Counted from the first letter of the stretch, positions 30,026 through 40,608 are shown. The stretch is 64,000 nt of DNA from Thermoplasmata archaeon (GCA_021821635.1 JAKACH010000001.1:8304-72303), one strand, 5' to 3'. Numbers and translations: made by a program. Notes: generated by a model from the sequence alone, not told the origin.

Positions 30026-31059
30026 AGATACTCCACATTGATGAGCAGACAGTTAACATTCAGGTTGAGGGAATAAACGATCTGTGGTACGTCCAGAACA
30101 TCATCCACCCTGGAGATTCTATCCTGACTGCCGTCAGGAGGAGAACAGAGAAGCAGGAAGACATGGCGAGATCAAAGGAAACAGAACGCGTTACTGTAAC
30201 TGTCACACTGCAGGTCGAAAAGGTCGAGTTTCAGGCCTTCTCTAACAGGCTCAGGATACTTGGCCTTGTAAGTTCCGGTCCTGACGAGATAATGGGAGAG
30301 CATCAGTCCGCAATAGTAAAACCGGGTGACATTTTGAACATACTCAAGCAATCCTGGAACCAGTCGGAACGAAGGATGCTTCAGGAATCCACGGAAGAAT
30401 CTTCCAGGACAGCTGGCATATTCATTGCGGCGGATGATGATGAAGCCAATATTTACCTGCTCAGGGCATACGGCATCCAGAGCGCAGGGCACATTGACTC
30501 CGGAAAAAGCGGGAAATACTATAATTCCTCATATTCAGAGGAATCCTTCTTTCGTCAGATCGCAGACGGCATCAGGCCGTTACTCTCCGGATCAGTACCT
30601 ATAACAATACTGGGACCCGGGTTTGCGCGGGATAACATTGCAGCATATCTTAAGGAACAGGCAGATCTTTCCAAGCATCCTATCGTAACCCACTCTTCGT
30701 CGAGAACGGATGAACAGGCAATATACGAGTACCTGGGAAGCGAGGAGGCAAGGAAGGTATTGGAAAGCACCCGGCTTACCAGGGAACAGAGCTCAATCGA
30801 TTCCTTCATGAAGGCTCTGAAGTCAGGCGGTCTGGCCACTTACGGTTTTGATCAGGTGCAATCCGCTATCGATTCAGGTGCCGTAGCAGAACTGTTGATC
30901 TCCGAGGACAAAGCCAGGGATCCGAAGCACAGGGATCTGATAGAGAAGTCAATGCGCATGGGAGCTAAAATCAGCATACTGAGCTCCCATAGCGATCCAG
31001 GCATCACCCTGAAGGGATTCGGTGGGATTTCCGCGATCCTAAGGTATGCAATATCCTGA
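30022..31059 (+). CDS. pelA: mRNA surveillance protein pelota
   Basis: DLWY..NII.PGD, VEFQ.FSNRLRILG, GPGF, YG..V..A...GAV..LL and FGGI.AILRY. Confidence 0.95.
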   Translation: MKILHIDEQTVNIQVEGINDLWYVQNIIHPGDSILTAVRRRTEKQEDMARSKETERVTVTVTLQVEKVEFQAFSNRLRILGLVSSGPDEIMGEHQSAIVKPGDILNILKQSWNQSERRMLQESTEESSRTAGIFIAADDDEANIYLLRAYGIQSAGHIDSGKSGKYYNSSYSEESFFRQIADGIRPLLSGSVPITILGPGFARDNIAAYLKEQADLSKHPIVTHSSSRTDEQAIYEYLGSEEARKVLESTRLTREQSSIDSFMKALKSGGLATYGFDQVQSAIDSGAVAELLISEDKARDPKHRDLIEKSMRMGAKISILSSHSDPGITLKGFGGISAILRYAIS

Positions 31060-31120
31060 TAGTGAATTATTCGAAGAGTCAAAAAAGGTAATATAATTTA
31101 TAAGGCTTTCCGCTAGGCTC

Positions 31121-31195
31121 GCTCCGATAGTGTAGTCCGGCCAAGCATACCGGCCTTTCAAGCCGGCGACCCGGGTCCAAATCCCGGTCGGAGCA
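31121..31195 (+). tRNA. tRNA-Glu(TTC)
   Basis: Acceptor stem GCTCCGA/TCGGAGC, anticodon arm CCGGC-CTTTCAA-GCCGG, T arm CCGGG-TCCAAAT-CCCGG. TTTATAA at 31097-31103 upstream. Confidence 0.95.
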
Positions 31196-31440
31196 TCATA
31201 ACATCTGTTACATTTAATTTCGAGAGAAAATCATTCTCTATATGCGCAGATGGGTTTTTAAATATGAAAAGTGCCCAATATGAAATCTTTTTAATCAATC
31301 ACACGCCGAAAATAAGGTTCATCTCATTTATTATCAGCTAGAGCATTATTCCATTTGATATATTCGAAGATTCCCTACTACGTACAGGTGCATCAAGTAG
31401 AAGTGCTATCATTTAATAAGTCGGTTCAAATTTGCAATGC

Positions 31441-34400
31441 ATGAAACGTCTTGTCCGGGTCATCCTCGTCCTCTCCATGGTCATTTTTCTCCTTTTGATA
31501 TCAGTGAATATTCCTGGCAACACTTCCTATGGAGAAAAGGGTCCATCCGTTCATTCTTCACAATCAAGTTTACCAGCTAACAACAGTAGCCTGACTTTTG
31601 TGGCACCGTCAATTGCACCGATATCCACAACCGCAAGGTTGAATGGAACATGGAGCTCTATGTTCAACTACACTCTTGAAAGAATGAATGATTCAAGGAT
31701 TCCTCAAATTGCTAAAATGCTCCCCAACTTCAATGTACCAAACTCCGGTAAACTCGTTACAGGTCCCGTGTACACTTCGGCCCCAGCTCCTATGGGGCTG
31801 GCTTCATACGGCCTCAGGAACGAGTCCGGGACAATTGTTCCCTACACTTACACAACAGGCAGTTTCGATGGAAGGATAAACATAAGCAGCGTATCTGAGT
31901 TCTACCCAGGAACGAGTTCTCCATATTCCTTCTCCATACAGTTCAATGCGGTACTTACAGGGGTTACCATAGCAGGCGTCCCCGGTTACGAATACTGGAT
32001 TCAGAATGTTGCATTTTACTCTTCCAGAACTCACCAGCTTACTTTTGTGGACAACATATGGAACTTCAGCTCGCCGAATGCTGTCATTAACAATGGAACA
32101 TTTCACAGCTATACGGGGAATTTGGTACCTGGTCTTTACTACTACAAGGTGGGACCAACTTACACAGTCGCTGCGCCGTTCTCACTCTCACTCTACCTGA
32201 ATACCACTAATGTGGCACAGGAGAATTCTGTATTCTTCAACTATACACTGACAAATGCAAGCTTTAACGGAAGGTCAGGTACCTTCTCCTCCTCTTACGA
32301 CAATGTGCAGTTCAATTCCACACTTCGAGGATCCAGTTCTACTGTACCAGATGCATACTTCAAGGTCAGCGGTAACACTCTTTCCGGAACTGGTGCCATT
32401 CCGCTCGACGCGGAGCTGGATCTTGGGGGTCCGGGTGGCGGTTCAACTGCTGATTTCAACCAGATCAATGCATCCCTCAACATGTATTATCAGGATTCAT
32501 CATACAGGATGGTGCCAATAGGGTCCGCCTATGATTCAGGCTCTGCAACAGGCGAGACTTCCTCTGGAGTATCGGCATACTACACCGGTACAACCGAATA
32601 CCTTTTCACTGGCCCATCCTTTATTTCAGGGCTCTGGAACATAACCTCACCAAGCGAATCTGGGTTTGCTCTAGTCACCGCATCAATAAACCCGGAATCA
32701 GCCTTTGTAATGTTCAGCCATGGAAGCTCATTCAGCAGCTCAGATGCTCAGTGGGCACCAACTGGTACCGGGGGAGCGTTCACAACGCATCTTATGCCCG
32801 GAACATACGCCATGAAGGTTATGCTCAGTTACCATAACCCGTCCTCCGTTTATCCTATTTCACTCGGTCAGGACGGCTTCAGTGCACTCGGAAGTATCAC
32901 ACTGACTTCGAACGAAACTGCAGGTCTCTATACCCCACTGTACATATCAGGGAACGCTGAAATGGCACAGCTTGCAATTTCCGGCAACGGTTCTGAGAGG
33001 AATCCATATGTTCTTCCAGGATACGGATACCTGAGATCCATGGGTCTCGATTCTGTAAGCACGCTCAACCAAGCTTTCAACGTAGTCAACGACTACCTTT
33101 TCCCTGAATTCACTGGATTACTTGTCAAGGATTCCAGCTCCTACGCAGTTATGAATGGATTCAAGAGTCCTGGAGGCGGGCCTGCTTTCCAGTATGTTCT
33201 TTCAGGTAAACTTAACCTTGCCATCGCGCAGCTTCTTGGCATGACAGCAGCAAACAACCTGGGCATTTACTTCTATAACTCATCACATGTCATCATGACA
33301 AACAGCACCATATCAGGCGCTTTTCCTGCTGAGATCTTCAGTGGCAACACCTATTACAATGTGCCCTATGTCGCTGGCCTGACACTGTGGAACGTCACCT
33401 CAAGCCTTGTAGAAAACAACCTGATCTGCAGCGAGGGATCCGGGCTGCTTATATATGGCGACGCTTCAATATCATCGGGCAATTATGTCTGGAATAACAC
33501 GTTTATCAATGCACCAGTTATATCTAATGGATCTTACTATGGTTTTGCACCCATAGGACTCACGGTAGAAAGCAGCGGGAATACCGTTTTCAATAATATT
33601 TTTGATACAACCATTACCATTGTGAGCATTGACGGGCTGTATGCAAATATATACAATGACGGCAACGTAACATATCATAATGCATTCAACATATCAAGGA
33701 GATCGGCTGCAAGCTCCACAGTTATGGATGGAGAAGTTCTTACAGGAAGCATAATTGGAGGCAGTTATCAGGGAGGGAATTTCTATTACAATTATTTCGG
33801 TGATGGTTCATCTCCCTACAACGGTAGTGGGCTGGGGCTTATATTTCCCGGGCAGAATATTTTCAACGGAAGCATCAATGACGGGTTCGACTTCGTCCCT
33901 CTTCAGCTATACACAACAATGGTAAATGTATCCGCATCCGGGCTGCCTGTAAACCAGATCACATACTTTGACATAAACAATGCCGTCTATAGCATAAGTT
34001 ACGGTTCTGTAAAGAGCATATACGTTCCTAACGGTACATACCAGATCCTGGGTTTTATTCTCCTGAATACTGAGGAGGAGTTTGTGCCGACTTCATACAT
34101 AGGCTCACAGATGCTTCAATCCGGAGTATTCTACGTCCATGGACCTGTGGGTAACATATTCATTGAGTACAACCTGTACATGAATGTCACTGTCAAGGAA
34201 ACCGGTATACCTGCCGGATCAACGTGGGGATTCTCCATACCACAGGCTGGTATCGGATTCACTCTGGATGGTGGCAGCGTATCAATATTCCTTGAGTATG
34301 GAAAACTTTACCAGATATTTCCGCAATCAGTTCCAGGATATTATACAGACAGCTTCTATCCATTCACAGTCACAGGGTCTCTTAATATCACAATAGCTTA

Positions 34401-34767
34401 CTTCCCGACAGGGATGCCATCCTCATTCTCGGTCACTTTTCATGAAACCGGACTGCCCAGTGGCACTCTCTGGCATGTATATATAGATACACAGGAATTT
34501 AACAGTACTTCTCCTACCATGACTATCCTTAACTTTACAGATGGAACATATGCCTACAACGTCTCACATTTAAACGGGTACCAGAACATCGAGGGTCAAC
34601 AGTTCACTGTTAATCAGTCGAATATTACGATAGAACTGATGTTCACAAGAACTTCAGGCAGCACATCATCGCTGTACATAATTGTGGGGGCAATTTTGGG
34701 TTTGGCTGCTGGATCTATTATAACTTATGCTCTGATGAGAAGAAGACGCCGAGAGATCCCATCATGA
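31441..34767 (+). CDS. thermopsin-family (peptidase A5) acid protease, multidomain and membrane-anchored
   Basis: Signal peptide, PAPMGLASYG, SIQFNAVL, YWIQNV, DNIWNFS, DAEL.LGGPGGG, TGET; C-terminal F.E.GLP.GT.W repeats and a TM followed by RRRR. Confidence 0.92.
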   Translation: MKRLVRVILVLSMVIFLLLISVNIPGNTSYGEKGPSVHSSQSSLPANNSSLTFVAPSIAPISTTARLNGTWSSMFNYTLERMNDSRIPQIAKMLPNFNVPNSGKLVTGPVYTSAPAPMGLASYGLRNESGTIVPYTYTTGSFDGRINISSVSEFYPGTSSPYSFSIQFNAVLTGVTIAGVPGYEYWIQNVAFYSSRTHQLTFVDNIWNFSSPNAVINNGTFHSYTGNLVPGLYYYKVGPTYTVAAPFSLSLYLNTTNVAQENSVFFNYTLTNASFNGRSGTFSSSYDNVQFNSTLRGSSSTVPDAYFKVSGNTLSGTGAIPLDAELDLGGPGGGSTADFNQINASLNMYYQDSSYRMVPIGSAYDSGSATGETSSGVSAYYTGTTEYLFTGPSFISGLWNITSPSESGFALVTASINPESAFVMFSHGSSFSSSDAQWAPTGTGGAFTTHLMPGTYAMKVMLSYHNPSSVYPISLGQDGFSALGSITLTSNETAGLYTPLYISGNAEMAQLAISGNGSERNPYVLPGYGYLRSMGLDSVSTLNQAFNVVNDYLFPEFTGLLVKDSSSYAVMNGFKSPGGGPAFQYVLSGKLNLAIAQLLGMTAANNLGIYFYNSSHVIMTNSTISGAFPAEIFSGNTYYNVPYVAGLTLWNVTSSLVENNLICSEGSGLLIYGDASISSGNYVWNNTFINAPVISNGSYYGFAPIGLTVESSGNTVFNNIFDTTITIVSIDGLYANIYNDGNVTYHNAFNISRRSAASSTVMDGEVLTGSIIGGSYQGGNFYYNYFGDGSSPYNGSGLGLIFPGQNIFNGSINDGFDFVPLQLYTTMVNVSASGLPVNQITYFDINNAVYSISYGSVKSIYVPNGTYQILGFILLNTEEEFVPTSYIGSQMLQSGVFYVHGPVGNIFIEYNLYMNVTVKETGIPAGSTWGFSIPQAGIGFTLDGGSVSIFLEYGKLYQIFPQSVPGYYTDSFYPFTVTGSLNITIAYFPTGMPSSFSVTFHETGLPSGTLWHVYIDTQEFNSTSPTMTILNFTDGTYAYNVSHLNGYQNIEGQQFTVNQSNITIELMFTRTSGSTSSLYIIVGAILGLAAGSIITYALMRRRRREIPS

Positions 34768-35577
34768 GGACATATTATTCTTCAGGAACTCTTCACCAAA
34801 CAGCTTGCAGGTAATGTAACCAACCAGGGCTGAAATACCCCGTATAATGTACCAGAAATTGATTATCTGCGGCTTGAATATTTCCGATGCCCTGAAGTGG
34901 CTCCAAACATTTTCATGCTTCAGCGTAAGCTGTTTCCGTCCGAATCCATTCCAGAAAGCCTGTTCCACGAAGCCCACCACGGTGCTTCTCGCTCTGTGAT
35001 ATATTGTGCAATCAGGACAGTATTCTATCCTGGCACCATGCATAACAGCCCTGATGTTTAGGTCAATGTCCTCTGCCGTGACGAAGATTGGATCAAATCC
35101 CCCAATCTCAAGGAAAAGTGGCTTTTCATATCCAAGGTTAACGCTCGGATATGTTACGTCAAAATCATCAAAAAAAAGCTCAACCCGTCCCAGGCGTTCA
35201 AATGGCTGATAACCCATGGCAATAGCCTTACCGGCCACCACCTTGGCTCCTTTCTTGAACAAGCGTCTCATCTTCATTATCCAGAAGGCATTGGCAATTG
35301 CATCGCCGTCTGTAAAAAGAACGTAGTCATAAAGAGCCTGCCTTACTCCAATATTTCGTCCCTCGCCCCTGCTGCATTTCTTCTGGATCAGGTGTACAAA
35401 CGGGAACTCAATCGAATACTTCAAGACTATATCGGCTGTGTCATCCGTGCTCAGCGAATCTACAACTATAACCTCAAAAGGCTGCTCCTGGGACACAAGG
35501 CTGTCAAGGAGATCGGCAATGTAATGACCCATGTTAAGCGTAGTAATGACAACCGAAATGCCGTCAGGATCCCCCAT
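34762..35577 (-). CDS. glycosyltransferase family 2
   Basis: EVIVVDSLSTDDT, RGEGRNIG, FTDGD and GGFD...AEDIDL. Confidence 0.93.
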   Translation of the reverse strand: MGDPDGISVVITTLNMGHYIADLLDSLVSQEQPFEVIVVDSLSTDDTADIVLKYSIEFPFVHLIQKKCSRGEGRNIGVRQALYDYVLFTDGDAIANAFWIMKMRRLFKKGAKVVAGKAIAMGYQPFERLGRVELFFDDFDVTYPSVNLGYEKPLFLEIGGFDPIFVTAEDIDLNIRAVMHGARIEYCPDCTIYHRARSTVVGFVEQAFWNGFGRKQLTLKHENVWSHFRASEIFKPQIINFWYIIRGISALVGYITCKLFGEEFLKNNMSS

Positions 35578-35580
35578 GGA

Positions 35581-35772
35581 TTATACCCAGTCCATCCGCT
35601 TCAGCTCTCGTTCCTTCTTCGTCGCTTTTTTGTATTCCTTGTAATGTTCCCTGCACAGGTGGACTTTACCCTTGCCCTCAATCGCGGGGAAAGCTTTGTG
35701 CGCTAGATCTGCGGGTACTGTCTGGAAGCTGTCGTTAGTGCAACCAGGCACCTCACACTTCTTATCTGCCAT
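35581..35772 (-). CDS. small putative zinc-finger protein
   Basis: CEVPGC...HLCREH with a basic C-terminus. Ends 3 nt before the GT2 start. Confidence 0.75.
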   Translation of the reverse strand: MADKKCEVPGCTNDSFQTVPADLAHKAFPAIEGKGKVHLCREHYKEYKKATKKERELKRMDWV

Positions 35773-35838
35773 ACCGCAACGAATCCAGAACTACATAGAT
35801 GTATTTTTCGGTGCGAACTTCAATGTTGAACAATAAAT

Positions 35839-36141
35839 GCCCGGAGTAAGCCTCTTTCTGTTTCCCGCTTCTGCGGCTGACAGCATTCGACTGATGACCT
35901 TTCGGTCTGCGTCTTACCCGGCCCTTACGGTAACCTCACTGGGCCTGTTTAGACTTTCTCCATTCAGGGAGAGTTCCCATCGGTGCTTCCAGGAACGTCA
36001 TCGTTCCGAATCATACTTTGCTGGAAACCGTGTATTTCTTTTCTCTTTACCATCCCTCTCGGGATACCGGCTTGCGCCGGTTGAACTTTACCGTGGAGAG
36101 AGGACTTTCCTCACTCTTTCGAGCGTTAGCTGTCCTCGGGC
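35839..36141 (-). ncRNA. rnpB: RNase P RNA
   Basis: Minus strand begins GCCCGAGGACAGC...GAGGAAAGTCC and ends AACAGAAAGAGGCTTACTCCGGGC, matching universal CR-I and CR-V (P4) with P1 terminal pairing. About 300 nt. Confidence 0.95.
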
Positions 36142-36236
36142 TTTTACATTCGGTCAAAGAAGAGAGAACAGCTTTATTATCTTTATCAGTGGATGTTCCA
36201 GATAAAAAATAAATTCAGAACGGGTCCCTTCATGTA

Positions 36237-36854
36237 TCACACCTGAACCTTCTCAGCCCATTTCCTCGAGATCAGCATGTTTGCAAAACCCTCCTTCAGG
36301 TGGACTATATCGTTATTCCTGAGCACATAGTCTCCTTCTGGTTGCGATATAGGTGGAAGATCTGATGTAATCCGCAGAAGAACATAATTATCCTCAACCT
36401 TTTTCTGCTCTGTTACGGGTTGAAGTTCTATCTCCTCAGTCGTAACCGCAGGAACTGTGGTTTCGCGTTCCGAAGTATCAGTGAATCTGTGAATCATGTC
36501 CTGAATAGTCTGTTTCTGCTTTTCAAGGAATTCCTTTTCCTCTGAAGTAAGCTGGTTCCATTCCTCTCCATCAACCTCATGCAGCGAGAGACGCATCAGC
36601 TTGCTGAACCTGAGCTGGAAAAAGACTGTGAAATCAGTCTCAACCTGCTTAATACGTTCCTTAATCTTCATGTATTTCTCGATGTCAGAAGCAACTGCAC
36701 CATCCGCCTCGATCCTGAGGGTCCGGAGGGCTTCGAGTACACTGCGGTAAAAGTCAGATTCTATTTTCCTGACCTTCTTGGAGCTTTTCTCCACCCTCAC
36801 GGCAGTCTGCAGGTCAGTGCAGACCTTGTCAACCTGAATGGGTGTTAGCGTCAT
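36237..36854 (-). CDS. DNA replication complex GINS subunit (GINS51 type)
   Basis: Helical A domain (L.KI..DFY, R..KL, LT.EEK), linker, and C-terminal B domain (LRI..DLP....DY.L...DIV.L...A..LI....AE). Confidence 0.85.
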   Translation of the reverse strand: MTLTPIQVDKVCTDLQTAVRVEKSSKKVRKIESDFYRSVLEALRTLRIEADGAVASDIEKYMKIKERIKQVETDFTVFFQLRFSKLMRLSLHEVDGEEWNQLTSEEKEFLEKQKQTIQDMIHRFTDTSERETTVPAVTTEEIELQPVTEQKKVEDNYVLLRITSDLPPISQPEGDYVLRNNDIVHLKEGFANMLISRKWAEKVQV

Positions 36855-36919
36855 GGTGGTTAATCACGGATGCGATATTATTATCTTTCTGAAGACAAAT
36901 TCCCACTTCTTGCAAAGGG

Positions 36920-37753
36920 TCAGATCTGTACGGAAAACACGTACTCGGGAAGCTCCTGGAAAACCGATGCAAATATCTCCTCATGATTCTTGTACTGTTC
37001 CCTTATCATTATTGCTCTTTTTGGGACTGAATCAGGTGGTATGACCTTGTCAGGCTTGGCAGGATCGTCCACGTAATCGCTTTCAAGCATGAAATTCCAG
37101 ATATTTTCACGAATAGCGTTTCGCACGTTGTCCCTTGATGCAAGAATGGATCTGGATATTTCGGGGCATATTCTATTGAACTCCGGTGACGCGTGGTGTT
37201 TGACGACTTTCCTTGGATTGGGTCCTGCTCGAATGATCATTGTGTGAATGCCTTCCAATCCTGTCGGATCTAGATCTTCCGTATGGAGCACCACAGCACA
37301 CCCTATTTCCCTGGATAACTGCATGCAACGCTCAATTATCTCGTTTGAATCTTCTGTGACCCGATATTCTACAGGAAAGTGCGGTCTTCCTACTTCCCCT
37401 AATGCACTCGCCCGATTCTCCCTGCAGTATTTAGCAGCAAGTTCAACACCATGAAGCATCATCTGTTTGGCATTAAACCCGCCCTTTTCCCAGAAAAAAT
37501 AGTCAAGCGGGTATGGACCAAGCGTTACTGATACTTTCAACCCGCTTTGACGAGCCATATCTGCCAGTTGAATAGTGACCTCATACCGTCTTTCATAATA
37601 ATCTGAATATCCAATTGAATAATCTGGCAGATTTACAAGGTTAATTCCAGATCCACCTGATGCCTTGTACCTCTTGACAGCCTCTTTTCCATGCTCGCCT
37701 GGATTAAGGTGGAAGTGTGCGTCAAAAGCTCCAGGGATGACGGACGATCCCAT
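36920..37753 (-). CDS. TatD-like metal-dependent hydrolase (archaeal COG1831 type)
   Basis: DAHFH, GPYP, GEVGRPHF, LHTE, VKHH and ESDYVDD. Confidence 0.9.
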   Translation of the reverse strand: MGSSVIPGAFDAHFHLNPGEHGKEAVKRYKASGGSGINLVNLPDYSIGYSDYYERRYEVTIQLADMARQSGLKVSVTLGPYPLDYFFWEKGGFNAKQMMLHGVELAAKYCRENRASALGEVGRPHFPVEYRVTEDSNEIIERCMQLSREIGCAVVLHTEDLDPTGLEGIHTMIIRAGPNPRKVVKHHASPEFNRICPEISRSILASRDNVRNAIRENIWNFMLESDYVDDPAKPDKVIPPDSVPKRAIMIREQYKNHEEIFASVFQELPEYVFSVQI

Positions 37754-37874
37754 TTCCAGATATCATGGCAAAAGGCTTATAAGTATGCTCCTTTAAAGTG
37801 CCCCCAAGTTGTATTGAAATTAATCAACAAAGCTTTATTATTCAAGATCCAATTTGCTGTGAAGGTGTTAGGCA

Positions 37875-38579
37875 ATGCAGCAAGGTCAAATGAACTATGA
37901 CAGAGCAATTACGGTCTTTTCCCCGGATGGGAGGTTATTTCAGGTTGAGTATGCGAGGGAGGCAGTCAAGAAAGGATCAACAGCACTTGGTCTTAAGTTT
38001 TCAAACGGGGTTGTTCTTATTTCCGACAGAAAGGTAAGGAGCAGGCTTGTAGAGCAGAACTCAGTTGAGAAAATACAGCTGATTGATGATTACGTAGCAG
38101 CAGTGACATCAGGTCTGGTTGCTGATGCCAGGGTCCTGATAGATTTCTCTAGAGTTGCGGCACAGCAGGAAAAAGTAACATACGGCGGCCTGATAAACAT
38201 GGAAAATCTTGTCCGCAAGGTGGCTGACCAGATGCAGCAGTACACCCAGTACGGTGGAGTCAGACCTTATGGTGTTTCGCTCATATACGCAGGAGTAGAC
38301 AGGATTGGGCCCAGGCTCTTCGACTGTGATCCAGCTGGAACAATAAACGAATACAAGGCAGTAGCCGTTGGATCAGGAAAGGATCAGGTAGTCGCATATC
38401 TTGAGAAAGAATACAAGGAAGACCTTAAGGAAAAAGAGGCGGTTGCTCTAGGCATTGCAGCCCTGAAGGTTGCACTTGAGGAAGAGGGAGGCGTCAAATC
38501 CCCCGAGATCGCAACCATTACTGTAGGTAACAAGTATTACTTCTACACAAAGGAAGAGGCTGCAAAATTCACTTCCTGA
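37875..38579 (+). CDS. psmA: proteasome subunit alpha
   Basis: [32 protein letters not shown] and [12 protein letters not shown]. Confidence 0.98.
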   Translation: MQQGQMNYDRAITVFSPDGRLFQVEYAREAVKKGSTALGLKFSNGVVLISDRKVRSRLVEQNSVEKIQLIDDYVAAVTSGLVADARVLIDFSRVAAQQEKVTYGGLINMENLVRKVADQMQQYTQYGGVRPYGVSLIYAGVDRIGPRLFDCDPAGTINEYKAVAVGSGKDQVVAYLEKEYKEDLKEKEAVALGIAALKVALEEEGGVKSPEIATITVGNKYYFYTKEEAAKFTS

Positions 38580-38617
38580 AGAAAAAACCAGCCAAATCTT
38601 CATTTAAAATAACTTAT

Positions 38618-38664
38618 CCAGACAACGTTGGTCTGGGAAGGTAGCATTCAAACACTTTTTTTTT
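38618..38664 (+). terminator. putative terminator after psmA
   Basis: Hairpin CCAGAC-N7-GTCTGG followed by a T9 tract at 38656-38664. Confidence 0.45.
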
Positions 38665-38768
38665 GGATCTTTGACCAGAATCACTCATTTTATCTATCAT
38701 TAAAAGGAATCAAACTTATTGCATTCAGGTAAAGAATTAAATGTAAAAATTTTATACTCGCTGCAAAG

Positions 38769-39461
38769 ATGGTAAAAGTAGAGGACGCAATAGTTGCAAA
38801 GCTTGAGTCACACGGACACCGTTTTGAGATACTGGTTGATCCGGACGCTACGGACCGCATAAAGACCGGGGTTATTGACATAGACAAGGATCTGGCACTT
38901 GATCAGGTCTTCAAGGATTCAAGGAAGGGAGAGAAAGCAGGAGAAGAAACCCTTAAGGAGGTGTTCGGAACCACAGACATATCTCAGGTAGCAATTGAAA
39001 TAGTCAAGCGCGGAGAAATCCACCTTACGACTGAGCAAAGAAGGGAAATGCTCGAAAAAAAGAGAAAACAGATAGTCGAGATGATTGCCAGAGAAGCAAT
39101 AAACCCGCAGATGAACGCGCCGCATCCTCCTGCAAGAATACTTCAGGCAATGGAAGAATCAAAAGTGCATATAGACCCTTTCAAGAGTGCATCTGATCAG
39201 CTCCAGACTGTCCTTAAGGCGATAAAGCCGCTGATCCCGATACGGATGGAAAGGATCAAGATTGCGGTCAAGCTGGTGGGGGATGCCTACGGCAGGGTGT
39301 ATGGGGAACTTGCAAGAAGCGGATACATTGTCAAGGAGGAATGGGACCACTCCGGTGCATGGATTGGAATGCTTGAAATTCCCGCTGGAATGAGGGGGGA
39401 CATCCTGGATCTTATAAGCAGGAAAGGCAAGGAAGGCGCAGAAGTCAGATTGTTAAAATAA
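38769..39461 (+). CDS. ribosome assembly factor SBDS/Sdo1
   Basis: [15 protein letters not shown]...LTTEQRR, INPQ...PHPP.RI and IPAG. Confidence 0.96.
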   Translation: MVKVEDAIVAKLESHGHRFEILVDPDATDRIKTGVIDIDKDLALDQVFKDSRKGEKAGEETLKEVFGTTDISQVAIEIVKRGEIHLTTEQRREMLEKKRKQIVEMIAREAINPQMNAPHPPARILQAMEESKVHIDPFKSASDQLQTVLKAIKPLIPIRMERIKIAVKLVGDAYGRVYGELARSGYIVKEEWDHSGAWIGMLEIPAGMRGDILDLISRKGKEGAEVRLLK

Positions 39462-39463
39462 GT

Positions 39464-40003
39464 TCAGCTGGCAATCTTGGGGTCTATCCAGTAGGTCATC
39501 AAGATATCGTCCACGTATTCTCCGTTTATTATGAACTGGGACTTTCTGGCACCTTCCTGAACGAATCCAATTTTCCTATAGGTTTCTATTGCGTTAACAT
39601 TGGTTGAGAATACTTCCAGATTAACCTTTTTTATCCCGTTCTCCCCAGCCCAGCGCAGTGCCTCCCTTATAAGACCAGATCCGATACCCTGCTTCCTGTA
39701 CCCGTTCATCACTGCTATTCCAAGGTTTGCAGTATGCCTGTTCTTCTTATACACTCCTCTCTGGAGAGTCAGCACTCCAGGTATCTTATCTCCTATTGAA
39801 GCAACAAGCGTCAGATCATCAGGATTGCGGAGCCTCTCCTGCTCCCCCCGCTCCGTGTACAGATAATATTCACTGACAAAATATATGTGCTCGTCCATAA
39901 CGCTCTGCATGCACTCTATTATCTTCTTGGCATCTCTGGGCTCTGCCTTTCTTATCAAGAGCATGTCTGCAGGTGACTCTACATGTTTTCGGATCAAAGA
40001 CAA
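39464..40003 (-). CDS. GNAT family N-acetyltransferase
   Basis: LGIAV..GYRKQGIG, LEVFSTN..AI..Y.K.GF..EG. Confidence 0.92.
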   Translation of the reverse strand: MSLIRKHVESPADMLLIRKAEPRDAKKIIECMQSVMDEHIYFVSEYYLYTERGEQERLRNPDDLTLVASIGDKIPGVLTLQRGVYKKNRHTANLGIAVMNGYRKQGIGSGLIREALRWAGENGIKKVNLEVFSTNVNAIETYRKIGFVQEGARKSQFIINGEYVDDILMTYWIDPKIAS

Positions 40004-40004
40004 T

Positions 40005-40334
40005 TCAGTTCTCTCTCAGTACGTTCATCAATCTCTTCAGGACACTTGATATGTCCTTTGATATTTTTTGAACGTTCTCGGCAATCTGTTTATGACTTCT
40101 CGTAAAGCTTGCAGTCAAGACTGCACCCTCACGGGAAGGCTTTATCACGCCATTCTTTTCAAGTATCCTGAGGGAGTATCGAACCTTATGCTCCGGAAGA
40201 TCTGTTATCTGGGATAGTTTGATTATTCCAGCGGGCTGCGATTCACGCAGTGCCTCAATTATGGAAATATGCCTGGCTAGCCTATCCACGTCTTCGACAA
40301 GTTCTCCCAAAATAACATGCTGCTTCTTCTGCAT
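40005..40334 (-). CDS. winged-HTH protein (COG3388-like predicted regulator)
   Basis: RH......P.GIIKLS......HKVRYSLRILE...I.PS..GA. Confidence 0.8.
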   Translation of the reverse strand: MQKKQHVILGELVEDVDRLARHISIIEALRESQPAGIIKLSQITDLPEHKVRYSLRILEKNGVIKPSREGAVLTASFTRSHKQIAENVQKISKDISSVLKRLMNVLREN

Positions 40335-40395
40335 GTATACCTTAAAGCGTTCTAAAAATAAATAATTGCTTACTGATTAGGCATATCTGCAGGGT

Positions 40396-40608
40396 TCAGG
40401 GATAAATTGTCTTACCGCCTTCTGTTACTGAAACATTCTTGCCAATCATTTTCTCTATTGCAGCTACCCTCTGCGAGATGTATTCATCAAATTTATCCGG
40501 TTGGTCCGAAACTGCCCTAATCTTCACCGCCTGGTATCTCAGCGCTATCTGCAGGCGTAGCTTAAAAGCTTCATCGGAGCCGAGCGATCCAATGTCTATG
40601 GATTTCAA
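40396..40608 (-). CDS. small hypothetical protein
   Basis: 70-aa ORF with protein-like composition that fills an intergenic gap on the same strand as the downstream genes. Confidence 0.6.
   Translation of the reverse strand: MKSIDIGSLGSDEAFKLRLQIALRYQAVKIRAVSDQPDKFDEYISQRVAAIEKMIGKNVSVTEGGKTIYP

Noticed and set aside
35837..36212. 122-aa and 64-aa plus-strand ORFs
   Set aside because: Antisense to the RNase P RNA gene.
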